Assembly: GCA_010909165.1 (NCBI GenBank)
Contig: VJWM01000186.1
Location: 377,050 to 441,049 of the forward strand
Direction of reading: 5' to 3'
Origin: Anthoceros angustus
Taxonomy: Eukaryota > Plantae > Anthocerotophyta
Length of the DNA stretch: 64,000 nt
Part shown: positions 39,526 to 51,186 of the stretch, in pieces
How the letters are laid out: each line of letters opens with the position of its first letter
How positions within the stretch are numbered: the stretch's first letter is position 1
Notes under the pieces: model-generated
Seen by the model: the letters and a program-made list of their open reading frames with translations, nothing else
Databases searched by the model: none
Told to the model about the DNA's origin: nothing
Made by a program: the position numbers and the translations under genes

Positions 39526-42500
39526 TGTGGCGGACTTTTCTTGATGGCGGTAGGCGCGCACAATCCGTGTCGTTGTAGGAAGAAGTCCGTTCCCAAAGGG
39601 AATGATAGGCCCGTTTACGTTTGGTGATTCTTACCGTCCTTAGCGCTCGTTCGGTCTCCACACACATACTCCTAACTACTCTGGCGTTCGTCAGGCCGGT
39701 ATGGCCAAGCGTTTAGGACCCGTTCGCGTCCGTATCGTTCACATACATCCTCACGCATCCGGTCCTTTCCTCTCTCCTCTCACGCTACACTCTTGATCTT
39801 AGAAAAGGCCGCGGGTTCCCGGACCTCCTCGTCGTTCGCGGGCCTCTCGTCCGGGCTCTACACGCCCTCCGTTCCTCCGGCTCACGTTCGGTCTCCACAC
39901 ACATACTCCTAACTACTCACGTTCACCGTCTCGGTATGGCCAAGCGTTTAAGGACCCGTTCGCGTCCGTATCGTTCACCGCCTCACGCATCGTCCTTTCT
40001 CTCCTCTCCTCGCTACACTCTTGGTCTTAGAAAAGCGCGGTTCTGTGATCCGGACCTCCTCCGTCGTTCCGCGGGCCTCTCCGTCCGGGCTCTACACACC
40101 CTCCGGAGTTCCTCCGGCTCCACGTTCGTCCGTTCGGTGTCGGACGCGGCTCGGGGCGAGCACGGATCGATCACCCTTCCGCACACCACAGCGCGTTAAG
40201 TCCGTCACGGGACCTTGATCAATCTCCCGGGTGCCGTGCACCTTTCGGTGACTCGGGACTCACGTTAGCAAGAAGACTCACAAAGGTGCAGCAGCGGCAT
40301 CAACACCAAGAGAAAGATGCTTTACTAGGCCTCGGCCCCTCTTATCTGCGCCCAAGGTGGCGTCTTTATTACACCCCTATTACGTGATAGACCGGTATAC
40401 CCTAATCGGCCGCCTATTTCCCCTATCTCCTTCGCCGTTGTAGGTGGGAAGGTCCACAGGCCCTCGGAATGGGTGGTCCAATCCCCGTCCACAGTTGTGG
40501 TGCACCAATCGGATGATCCGTGAGGCGGGCCTCCTCTCCCGGAATCACAGCCGGGTTGGGCTCGGCGTGGTCGACAACCGCCGTTACCACGGCGTCATCC
40601 TCCCTGGCCTCCTCGGTCCGCGGTGGGGCCACCGGCTCCTCCCCTAAGCGTAAGTCGAAGGGGCTCCTCCTTCTTGCCGCCGGTCCTCGAGGTCTGTCTC
40701 GACTCAGAACGAGTCGGCTTATTCAGGTCCGGCCGGCTGGGTCCCCTCGGGGTCGGACCTCGGTCGGTTATTAGTCCGGACTTGAGTCGGACTTATTCGA
40801 GTCCGGACTTGAGTCGGACTTATTAGTCCGGACTTGAGGTCGGCCTCCCTCAGTCCGGACAAAGTCCGGACTCACGCCACCGGGTTTCCTCCCTCACGGG
40901 ACTCCTCCGTGGCTCTCCTCGAAGTCCTCCCTGTTCCCGATCGCGTGACTCCTTCGTTGGCCCCTCCTTCCATGGTGAGGTGCGGGGTGCCTCGATCGCA
41001 TCCGCTCCCTCGTTCGCTCCTCGGTTGCTCTCTCGCGCTCCGTCATCTCCAGCAGGCCACTAGGGTCCCTGTCTTTGTCCCGTGGCCTTCATCTCCTTCA
41101 GGCCTTCCGGTCCGTCCGTTTTGTGTCGAGAGGCTTCACGCCTTCAGGAGCTCGGTGGTAATAGGCAAAGTCAGATCGACTTGTTGAATTGCCTCTTCCA
41201 CGTGTGCGGAGCACCGATACTCCCTCCGCCATAAGTGTTCGAGGCGTCTTTGCCGGCTTGTTGGGCCACCTCTCACCCGGTTGTGGTGGGCGGTATCACG
41301 CGAGGCTACAAGGCGGCCTCGGTCACCTCCTGCATTGCCAGTTGCTCACACTCGGCTCGTCGTTTCCTTCCATTGCCCGCTTACCGCCATAGCGCGGCGT
41401 TCCGCCTTTCTCGGTGGACGGCGGCTTCTTTTACGCTTCCGTGCTCGCGCTCCTCCGTTCATTCGGCCTTTAGCTCCGCTCCTCTCCAGTGATGATACCT
41501 CCGTCCAGACTCGGACTTCCTCCGGCTCATACATGGCAGCAGCGTCCAACTCCTTGGATAGTCGCCGATTTTCCTCCGTCTTGAGACGGGAGCTACTCTG
41601 TTTCGTGCTCGAGTCGTGGATTCTCTCGTTGAGAATCACTGCTGCTCAAGCGCATCTTGGGTTGTAGCTCCAGCGTGTCCTTCTTGTCCTCCATCTGCTG
41701 CCGCCTCCTCTACCTCCTGCGGTCGGAGATCCCCTATCTCCCAGTCTTGGCCCTTACTCCTCCATAGCCGCTGTCGGCCTTGAGTAGCCTCGGTACTGTG
41801 GACTCTCCACGGTTCGATCACGTCATGGTAGTGATCGCTCTTTGTGACTTGCTCCTTCGCCGCCTTTACAGGCCTCGCCCACTTGGCTCTGGCCGGGCCG
41901 CCTCCGCCAGTCCAGCTCTCTGCCTTGTGCCGGGCCTCTTCCGCCTCTGCTGCGCTTCCCTCTTCGCTGCAAGGTCCTCCGCCCCGCTTGGGCCTCAGCT
42001 TGCTTTGTTCGCCTGGTGAAGAACCTTGGCCCGGTCTGTGAACCGCCGGGCCTCGCGCTCCGCCACCGTTTCCCTTCCTCGATCCGGCGAGGGACTCCGC
42101 CTTTCCTTTGCCTCGGCCGCCTTCACTTGCTCTTGGGTTCCACCATCCTCCTCGGGTGGCCTCCACTTCACAGGTCTTCTCCATTGCACGAGACCCCAAA
42201 GCATTCCGTCCATGACGGTAGCAGCCGTGTTTCTTCCACGGCCGTGAGGCCCCACAAAGTCCGTAGTGGAGCCGGCATTTCTCGATCCAGGACCTCCATA
42301 CCACCATCGGGAGTAAGTCGGGGTGGGTTCTCGGACCTAATCGGGACCCTCGGGTCGAGTGGTGAGTCAGTCTCACCCTCTTTGGCCCTCTTGGCCTCTA
42401 ACTCCTTTGTGCCCTCTTTCTCACAGGGCTCGGAGGAGGTGAGGGGTCGGGAGCAAGCTCTTTTGCCCCTTCACATGGGGGCAGGACCCGGCTCGGTGGG

Positions 42501-44177
42501 GGCTGCGGTGACCTCCACTCCTTGGGCCACGTCCCTTCGCCCTCCTTCGCCTCTTGACCTCTTGCCACTCGTGGGCGGGGGAAAGTACCGGCACCTTCGA
42601 GGTCTTTGCGTTGGTGGCACCGTCTTCCGCCTCTTGGCTCCGTTGAGTTCGTCGGGGCTCGGCGGCCGTCGTGGTTGTTGGTCAGCCGGTCTGCGGGCCG
42701 CCAGCGCCCTCCGGCATCGGCTCCCTCTGTCGCTCGGAGGGCACCAAAAGGAGGAAGGGGAATCGCCTCCCAAACTTCCACAGGTGGTGAGGGGTTCGCT
42801 CAGGGCGTATGGAGTCAGGAATCCTCCCGGTCGTCCTCCTCCGAGTCGCTTGGTCTTGAAGGCGACCCCCACCTCAGGCGCCCTTGCACGCTCTACCGCG
42901 GGGCCTCCGGCCTTGGGCGCCGCTCAAGCTCTCCCTCCTTGAGCTCGAAATGTCCCCATACATGAATCGGTATGGGGTCGGCCCCGATGGCGAGGCTTCT
43001 CGCTCCTTAGCTTGCGTGCCTCTGGCCGCAGGCGAAGATAATCCTTCCCAGTCCGCTCTTCCCATTGGGCGCATGCGAGAATACCAGCGAGTTATCACCA
43101 AGGTGATCCACCTTGGTGGCGAGTTCAATGGACAATGATCCGGGCCGCCCTTACTCGGTCGGCGGATCGGATATCAACCATCCGTTGGTTGTCCGTGCGT
43201 TCGAGCCTCGGCATCGCGGCGTGGTGGCCCTATCTTCCCCTTCGCCTTAAGGGGCTACCACGCCCCTTCTTCCTCCTTGAGCGGTTGTAGGCCATCCTCG
43301 GGACCTCAAGGTCCATCGCCTCGAGTCCTCCGGAGGTTCTTGGATCGGACCTCCTTGTTGATCGCCGGCATCTTCGGGCAAACTCCGGACTAGGTATTGT
43401 CAAAGGTCCAGACCATTTGGAACACGTCCGGATGCCACTCACCAATTCCCACCCTCCGGCCGGGCCCGAAGTCCGGATAGCGCGGGTCACAATGTTGCGC
43501 TCCACGGTCCATGGCTCCCAGACTTCCGTCGGCTTTTGGGTGCCATTGCTTTCTCCTCCTCTTGTTCTTTGTAGGCTGGCGAGTCCGGCACGATGTTCCT
43601 CCTTCGCCGCGCGTTGTTGCTCCAACCTTGGATGCGCGCTCTAAAGTGGCGCCCAAAAAGCGCGAGCGGATTGCGGGCGCAAGGCTGAGGTATGCGGAGC
43701 GCGGCGGGCAGCCTCCCTCCTTGGCGCTTGTGGAAATGCGCTGGGCGGAAGGCGCCTCTTCGTTGTCCGTGCGCGAGTATGGCCTCGACCCTCGCTTACT
43801 GCGGCCTTCGCGCGCCGCGGGCGTGAATACCTGCGGCCTCGGCAGGTTCAGTCTGGCCTCTGCATGCCCGACCTCCACTCGGGGCCGTCCGTGGCGCCGC
43901 CTCGTGCATCCTCACGCCTCCGCTCCTGGGTTACTTTCCACAGGCGTACTTATCCTATTTTGACACTGGGTGGGTTCCGGACTTATCCGTTACTCGGCGT
44001 GGTCGGAGCTTGCCATAGTGGTCTGCAGGTCCGTTGTTCCTCCAGTCGGAGTATACTCGAGCCTCGTCGCGCTACCCCAATTTATTCCCCACTTTTCCGC
44101 CTTATTTATCCTTCAATCCTAAAAAAAACAGAAACCCTACTTATTTCTTAACTCCCCAGGGAAGTGCATAGCCCACA
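39526..44177 (-). repeat. Gypsy-B 5' LTR (4652 bp, including a ~240-bp internal tandem duplication at ~39648-40130)
   Basis: Colinear with 29594-33980. Confidence 0.9.
40871..43546 (-). pseudogene. LTR-embedded accessory ORF (Gypsy-B 5' LTR), frameshifted
   Basis: ATGGCACCCAAAAG start at 43546. The DNA encoding TKVDHLGDN is conserved (~43100). Contains LKTEENRRLSKELDAAAMYEPEEVRVW and a coiled-coil region. Confidence 0.7.
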
Positions 44178-44318
44178 CCCCTTTATGAAGAGTTATGTCT
44201 TTTCACTTAGATTAAGTCTAGCCTTTCTTGGTTATTCAATTAATTCACTCTTATGAACATATATATAATAATGTAATTACTCAATGTAATTGGTCTACAC
44301 CATTTCCATATTTCGTAA
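44178..44318 (+). repeat. Copia-2 5' LTR, right part
   Basis: Matches 51051-51186. Confidence 0.9.
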
Positions 44319-44330
44319 TGGTATCAGAGC
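44319..44330 (+). promoter_or_regulatory. Copia-2 PBS (tRNA-iMet)
   Basis: Exact TGGTATCAGAGC directly after the LTR. Confidence 0.95.
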
Positions 44331-44673
44331 CATGCTAGGTGTAGATTGCATTCATGAGAATGCACATTAAATTCTGCACATGAAGATGTGCATATATAAA
44401 TTTTTATGTTGTTTCTTGATTAGAAAATAGCTTCTAATCAGAAATATAGAAAATGTTCAAGAAAATAAATTGTGATTTGCTTTCTTGATTTTTATTTAGA
44501 AAATTTGCTTTTCTAGGAGTCACTCCTAGTGCACCTGCTGTCAAATTGCTGCAAAGCAATTTGATATCAGGTACACTAGAACGACTGCCTAAAGAGGCAA
44601 AAATTCTTTATAAAAACATATAGAAATTACAATATGCTTCTTGAAGCATTTCAGAAAACATAAAAATGTTGCC

Positions 44674-45249
44674 ATGTCAATGGCTAATCTACATGGAGGA
44701 CAGCAATGGCAGCCTCGCCCTGCTGAGCGAGTTCCACAACAGAATCGCGGCCGGGGAGGCACACAAGTAAACAGGCACAACGTGGCTGGAATTCTCCATC
44801 AACTCACCCAAGAATGGATGATTCAGACACAAGATCAACCTATACTTGCGCTGGAATTAAGGGAGTCTCTCAATACTATAATTGAAACCCTATTTCCTGA
44901 CCAACGTCACCTTGCATTCGTTCCTCCACCTAGAAATCCTAATCAACTCCCAGAAATACGTGTACAGCGTGCATTTGATGGAAATGGTCACCCCAGAGGT
45001 TTCCTAACCACACATGTCACACCACACACAAGTGTTACACAATTGATTGATAGGATTGACGCCCATCAGCAGCATGTCGACAGGAGATTTCAAACAATCA
45101 GCTACAAGCTTGCTGCATCTAGTGTTGATATGCGAGACATTATAGAAAAGATAGAGCACCTGGATTTTAAACTACTTACCTTGTTGAAGCCTGCATTACT
45201 TGCAAACCACAATCGGAGGCCTTTGCATGTAAGCAAAGCAAGCAGATAG
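44674..45249 (+). CDS. Uncharacterised ~190-aa protein upstream of Copia-2 gag
   Basis: Intact ORF (ATG at 44674 or 44680, MSMANL...VSKASR) in an AT-rich leader. It has a full-length homolog at 55249-55900 in Copia-3. Confidence 0.8.
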   Translation: MSMANLHGGQQWQPRPAERVPQQNRGRGGTQVNRHNVAGILHQLTQEWMIQTQDQPILALELRESLNTIIETLFPDQRHLAFVPPPRNPNQLPEIRVQRAFDGNGHPRGFLTTHVTPHTSVTQLIDRIDAHQQHVDRRFQTISYKLAASSVDMRDIIEKIEHLDFKLLTLLKPALLANHNRRPLHVSKASR

Positions 45250-45560
45250 TTTTCACATGTTTAATACTCCAAACTCGTGCCCATCTTGTTCTACATACGC
45301 TTTCAATAGATGGGAAAGTAGGAAGCAGAAAATTGAAAAGCGAGTCAATATGCAAGTTAACCTACCTCGGTGGCAGACTTGCGACCTCTGAACCCTTGTA
45401 GGTTTCTTTGCGGTGGCGGCATACCTAGATGCGACAATAGCATCTTACCCTAACTCATTACATCACGAATCATCAGCCATTGACTGCAGGATAGGTCGAG
45501 CAGTGCATTACACCGTCATAAGCTCCTAACTTTTAGGAAGGGCTAACGTTAGTCCTAGAC

Positions 45561-48500
45561 ATGGCTGACTCGAACAATTCGAGTATTGATGTATTCAAGG
45601 AAAAGGACAGATTTGGGGGGTTAGACTACGACATATGGGTCATGCGAATGCGTGGAGCATTGCAACATAAGCAGCTTTGGAGAGTGGTGAAGGGTGAAGA
45701 TAAATACCCTACTACTGTACCTGCAGACTCTTCTCTTTCAGTTGCTGAAAAGAAGTTGCAGGATACTTGGACACTCAAGGATGAGTCTGCTCAGTACATC
45801 ATCAGGAGTGGTCTAACCTCTGACATGTTAAGACAAACTTCAGGTTGCAAAACTGCAGCTGAGATATGGTCCAGACTAACGGATCTGTATGCTGGAGTTA
45901 ACACAACATGTCAGATGGCAGCAATCCGCAATCTTCAAAACTGCAAAATGAGAGATGGGGATACAATCGAGAAACACCTTGGATACTTTAGATCTTTGGT
46001 GTCCAAGCTCGAGAGTGCAACACGAACCGATCTCGAACATGCTCATCTTGTATTTTGTAATGTCCCTACGACTCGTGGTCACACTTTGTGACATCTTATA
46101 ATGCCTCACAACTTCAAGGAAAGAAGATTGCAAAGGCTGCAAATGTCACATTGCCCCAAACGACATTTTCGAGTTGGTGGGAGCTCTCCTCCGGAGGAAG
46201 CTACAAGAGGATCAAACAAGCGTCTTTGGCAAGCGGCGGGCCTTATACACCAACAACAAAGGAAAGGCGGTAAGCCCAACCCGGTAATACAATATCTCGG
46301 TGCTAAGCTCTCAAAAGGCTACTACGGAAGAAGCCCAAGAAGGCTGGAAAGTGCAACGGTGCCAAATTCCGGTCATTGGGAGGCAGTGTCGTGAAGCGGT
46401 AGGAGTACCTAGCAGGAGGCTAACTCCCTTCTCGACACATGTTGTGGTGACAAAACAAGGCTCTCCTTGACCCTCACAATAGGGAGCAGGAAGTTTATTC
46501 ACCCTCTTGCTAACCCCACTTGTCTATCGGCAAATACACAAGGCAAACCCATACAAGAGTGGTTCCTTGATACAGTGCCACCATTTGCCATAGAAATGCA
46601 TTCGTCACTTACAGACTAGTTAAAGATCAGTTTGTTTACCTAGGTGACGATAGCTCACTTGTGTCTCCAGGTCAAGGCACAGTAAAGCTTCCAGTTCCTT
46701 CAGGCATTACACTTCTCCTTACAGATGTGTACCATGTACCTGAAATGACAAGGAACCTAATCTCTGTTAGGAAGTTGAACATGGATAATAATTCTCATAT
46801 CTTATTCACTCCAACAGAATGTAGGATTATCGATGCTTTTGATCATCGTAAAATCCTAGCTTATGGGTCATCGAGACCATGACCTCTTAAGCACACTCAC
46901 CTTAGTCATGCCAAAGCCAATTTATCTTCCCGATCGCGAGCAAGCGGAAGAAAAGGCTCTGTTATGGCATAACGCTTAGGTCACCCTCACAGTGCTAAAA
47001 ATGCGAGCAACTAGTGACATGATGGGAAAATTGGCGATTGCCACTCTTACCCCTCAGGCTGTGTGTGTCAAACGCCATCAAGCGAGCCTTCAAGAACAAA
47101 GCTCCTCACGGGGCCTCTGAAGTTCTTGAGCTTGTACACACTGACATATGTGGGCCCTTTTCGCAGCCCTCTATAGGTGGTGGCCGATATTTCCTCACAT
47201 TCACAGACGACAAGACAAGATTTGTCATTGCTTATATCCTTAAAGCAAAAAGTGAATGCTTTTCCCTCTTCAAGGACTATCTGAAGCTTGCAGAAAGATG
47301 GACAGGGAAACAGTTGAAGACTCTGCGTTCTGATAATGGGGGGGAATTCACATCTAACGAGTTCCAAGCCTATTGCAGGGATGAGGGATAGGCGGAACAA
47401 CTTCGTGTTTACACCGCGAGCGGTGTCTTGGCGCTTGAACGACTTTGCGAGATGCTTTCATCCATGCTTCATCAAGCCTCCTTGCCACTATCCTACTGGG
47501 ATGAAGCCCTTATGACAGCTGTGTATCTACGCAACAGGTTGCCTACAACTGCTGTCACAGGGCAAACTCCCTATGAAGCTTTCTATGGCAGAAAACCAGC
47601 TATTCTACATCTTCGTACCTTCGGATGCATTGCTTATGCCTTCATCCCTAAGGCCAAGAGATCTAAGTTAGCTGACAAAGCCCAAAAGCTCCTCATGCTA
47701 GGATACACTGAGGGAATCAAAGCCTACAAGCTTTACAACGTACCTCAGAATAGGGTTATCTATGCCCGCAGCGTTACCTTTGATGAAAACCGGACTTGGC
47801 CGCAAGTGGGAGCTGTTCCCACCTCAGAGGAGGACTTTGACCTATCTGTCCTGCCAGACGTCACCATTTTTCCTGAACCTGAGGAGATTGCTCCTGCCGG
47901 GGGGGAAGAACAACAGCAAAATGACGATCAGCAGGAACATGCAGATGCACAAGAAGAAAACAATGTTTTTGCTGATGCGTGACCACCTCCTCAAAAATGT
48001 AGAACCTTATCCGGACATACGATCCGATCCTGTTTTGGGACGAGGACGAGCATGATAGCGATTCGGTGAACCTCATGCTCATCCTTGTTGCAATCCACGG
48101 CTGGCCGTTACCCTACAAGAGATAGACGGGCACCAGACTATTATCAGTCACAGGACTTTAGAAGAGCAACTGCTAATGCTACCTACCTGGACCCCATTGA
48201 ACCACAGTCCTATGAGGAAGCACTTCGTCGTCCTGATGCAGCTGAGTGGAAAAAGGCTATACAATCTGAGTATGATTCACTCATAAAAAACGGGACATGG
48301 GAATTAGCCAAGTTACCTCCAGGACGGAAGGTGGTATCTTGTAAATGGGTATTCAAATTGAAGGTGAAAGCAGATGGATCTTTCGACAGGTATAAGGCAC
48401 GACTCGTAGCTCGTGGTTTCTCACAAGTACCTGGTCTGGATTACTTTGAAACATATGCTCCCGTGATGAAGCTGGCCACCTTTCGCACAATCTGTGCCCT

Positions 48501-49775
48501 GGCAGCACATCAGGACTATGAGTTAGACATGTTCGATGTTAAAACAGCGTTCTTACATGGCAAGCTAGATCGAAATCTACATGCGGCTGAGATATGAAGT
48601 GAAAGGCAAAGAGGATCATGTCCTACGTCTAATCAAAACACTTTATGGCCTGAAGCAGTCAGCTTTAGAGTGGAATGCAGTCCTTGATGAAGAGTTGCGT
48701 GCACTTGGTTTCATCAAATGTGTCTCTGACAGCAGCTTATATGTCTATAGATCTGGTGATGTGGTGTGCTATCTCGCAGTATATGTCGATGACCTGATTT
48801 TATCCTGCAACAGCCCCACATTCATTACCAAGATCAACAAGTTGCTGGCCACCAAATTTGAAATGACAAATCTTGGACCCCTTCATAGCTGTCTGGGAAT
48901 TCTCATTCAGAGAGATAGAAAAAACAGATCTATATCTCTCACATGACCTAGATACATTAGAGTGTTGAGCTTGGGAAGGATGCAAAGCGGCCATTACTCC
49001 ATACAATTTGAAGTTTAGCAGATCCATGTGTCCTGAAACGCAAAAGGACATAGATGAAATGAGATCTGTCCCTTACAGGAAGGGTGTTGGTAAACTTATC
49101 TATGCCGCTAATACCACCCGACCTGATGTGGCCTATACTACGAGTGTTCTTTCTCAATACCTCGAGAACCCTGGACAAACACATTGGACTGGCGTCAAGA
49201 GAGTTGTTAGATATCTCAAGGGGACATCAAACATAGGAATTCGGTTCAGACACATACCTGGTATGCCGCTTGAGCTTGATGTTTATACTGACTCCGACTA
49301 TGCAGGCGACATAGACACACGGAGGTCAGTATCTGGCTATGTTGTCATGGTGGCTGGTGGGCCCATATGCTGGTCAAGCAAAAAGCAACCTACAGTTGCA
49401 ACCTCCAGCACAGAAGCTGAATATCGTGTACTGACAGCTGCCGCTAAAGAAATAGCTTGGTGCAAGCTAATGTTTAAGGAGCTGGGACTTCCTCTCCCTA
49501 CTTGCACAACCATCAGAACCGACAACCAAGGGTCCATGAACCTAGCCAAAAACCCTGTTTTTCACTCCCGTACTAAGCACGTGGAAGTGGAATACCATTT
49601 CATAAGGGATCTTATCAAATCAGGCCAAATTATGCTGGAATACATACCAACAGCAGACAACCCGGCAGATTTGTTCACAAAGGCCCTCAGTAGGGACACA
49701 CACAACAAGCATATGAAAAGTTTGGGCATGGGCAGCCATGAGGGCTACCCAGTGGCCACAGAAAACCAATCCTAA
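45561..49775 (+). pseudogene. Copia-2 gag-pol (several frameshifts and stops)
   Basis: KEKDRFGGLDYDIWVMRM gag, LELVHTDICGP / TDDKTR / SDNGGEF integrase, EPQSYEEA..WVFKLK..RLVARGFSQ..DVKTAFLHG..YVDD RT, YTDSDYAGD..WSSKKQ..TDNQGS..HSRTKHVEVEYHFIRD RH. Confidence 0.94.
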
Positions 49776-49788
49776 CCTAGCCTACAGG

Positions 49789-50711
49789 CTAGGTACAGCC
49801 CCAATCGTTGCTGTCACTATCATCTGGGTCATTATCGTAGCCTGGTGAAAAGCTATCAAGAGACCTCCTACTTACAGATTCAGAGGAGTCCGAGATCTTC
49901 TCCCATGAAGCGTAACTGTCAGATTTTGGACGAGAAGACCTCTCCACCAGAGCGAGGGGAGTTCCTCTTCTTTCTCTCCTGGAATGAAACTCTCTCTTTC
50001 GTCTCGAGGCTCTCTTCCTCATCCAAGCGATCCTCGGATCCTACAAGGAGCAGAGCAAGTGGGAGCCATCAGCAAAGGCCAGGATACATGACTGCAAACT
50101 TACAGGGGGCTTTAGGAAGTTAGTATAAACCAGAAATGGCAACAGATCACATCACTACAAGACAGGACTTCCGTCGATTACATGGTCTTCAAAGTGCAGG
50201 CAGTGCGGATGCGCACGGACCATCTTAAGCCCGATGTGAGCACTGTGCAGGGCAGACTTCTGGGCGGCCGAGTAGGGACAATTCTAGTCTCGGACATAAC
50301 ACCTTTGGGCTTGGGAAACTTTGGAGGCGCAGGAGGATGCGAATCGCATAAAGCATAGTGGAACTCACCACGTTCGCGCCTGCGTACATCAAATGCTGCT
50401 CTGGTGAAAGATTGGCTTACAGGCTGTGGAGGTACAAGGCGGCGAGGTGGAGCTCCCATTCTCGTTGTGGGCGTTGGGGCCCCCTGATAATCGGCGATGG
50501 TAGCTTCGTCGCTCCTCAAGCCTGACTCTTGTTGTGCCCTTCGGCCTTCCCCTAGGGCGGCCACCTCCAGCAGATGTTGTAGCACCGCCAGTTTCTTGTG
50601 CTCCATTTCTCTTTCAGTAGGCGAGGCGATCGTTCTAGTTGCAGGAGCAAACCTGCCTAGAGAATCCCTACAGTAGACACGGCGCTTGGCGGTGAAGCAG
50701 TCGCGAGACAC
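49789..50711 (-). CDS. Antisense ORF(s) in the Copia-2 3' region between RNase H and PPT (177 aa plus 77 aa, possibly one broken gene)
   Basis: ORF 50178-50711 and ORF 49789-50022 (basic/Ser-rich with an acidic tail) fill a 1.2-kb region that is normally short in Copia. No homolog is visible in the window. Confidence 0.35.
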
Positions 50712-50945
50712 GAGACGAAGACATCGTGTCTAGGAGCTTCGCTCCGGGAGAATCGTGTGAGAATGAAGGAGGACGTAAAACAAGCTATTATGCTTATGGC
50801 ACACACAGAATCGCCTTCACATAGAGTGTTCCATTACGCTCTTATGAAATTTGGTTGCTGATCAATCTGGTACACACACACTTGAGCTCAGCGGTCTCCA
50901 CAAGGCGTTCACGGAGAAGAAGGCATCACATGCGTAATGATCAAC

Positions 50946-50954
50946 AAGTGGGAG
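50946..50954 (+). promoter_or_regulatory. Copia-2 PPT
   Basis: AAGTGGGAG immediately precedes the 3' LTR. Confidence 0.75.
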
Positions 50955-51186
50955 TATTGAATAGGTGTTGACTCATTAGGGTTTGATATTACCTAGATAT
51001 ATGTGGTGTGTATATAGATTTCAAATTAGCTTACCCTTTCATTAGGTTCGCCTTTATGAAGAGTTATGTCTTTTCACTTAGATTAAGTCTAGCCTTTCTT
51101 GGTTATTCAATTAATTCTCTTATGAACATATATATAATAATGTAATTACTCAATGTAATTGGTCTACACCATTCCATATTTAGTAA
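50955..51186 (+). repeat. Copia-2 3' LTR (232 bp)
   Basis: Matches the reconstructed 5' LTR. Confidence 0.9.

Larger units (their letters stand above)
29594..44177 (-). mobile_element. Gypsy-B: complete Athila-like Ty3/Gypsy element (14.6 kb) with ~4.4-4.65-kb LTRs
   Basis: TG...CA termini on both LTRs. Flanks GCCCT (29589-29593) and CCCCT (44178-44182) form a TSD with one mismatch. It has a PBS, a PPT and gag-PR-RT-RH-IN order. Confidence 0.92.
29498..51186 (+). mobile_element. Copia-2: full-length Ty1/Copia element (~7.1 kb net) with Gypsy-B nested in its 5' LTR
   Basis: The 232-bp LTRs are 29498-29593 plus 44178-44318 (split) and 50955-51186. It has an iMet PBS, gag-PR-IN-RT-RH and a PPT. 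The flanks CTAAC/CTAGC form a TSD with one mismatch within the Gypsy-A RT/RH. Confidence 0.92.

Noticed and set aside
18100-44100. Hundreds of overlapping 60-330-aa ORFs in all six frames
   Set aside because: These are expected in GC-rich LTR sequence with few stops. Only the frame-shifting sense ORF with motifs shared among copies is retained.
44319-44330. tRNA gene
   Set aside because: These are only 12-17-nt tRNA-complementary PBS sites (also 25917). No cloverleaf or rRNA is recognisable anywhere in the window.
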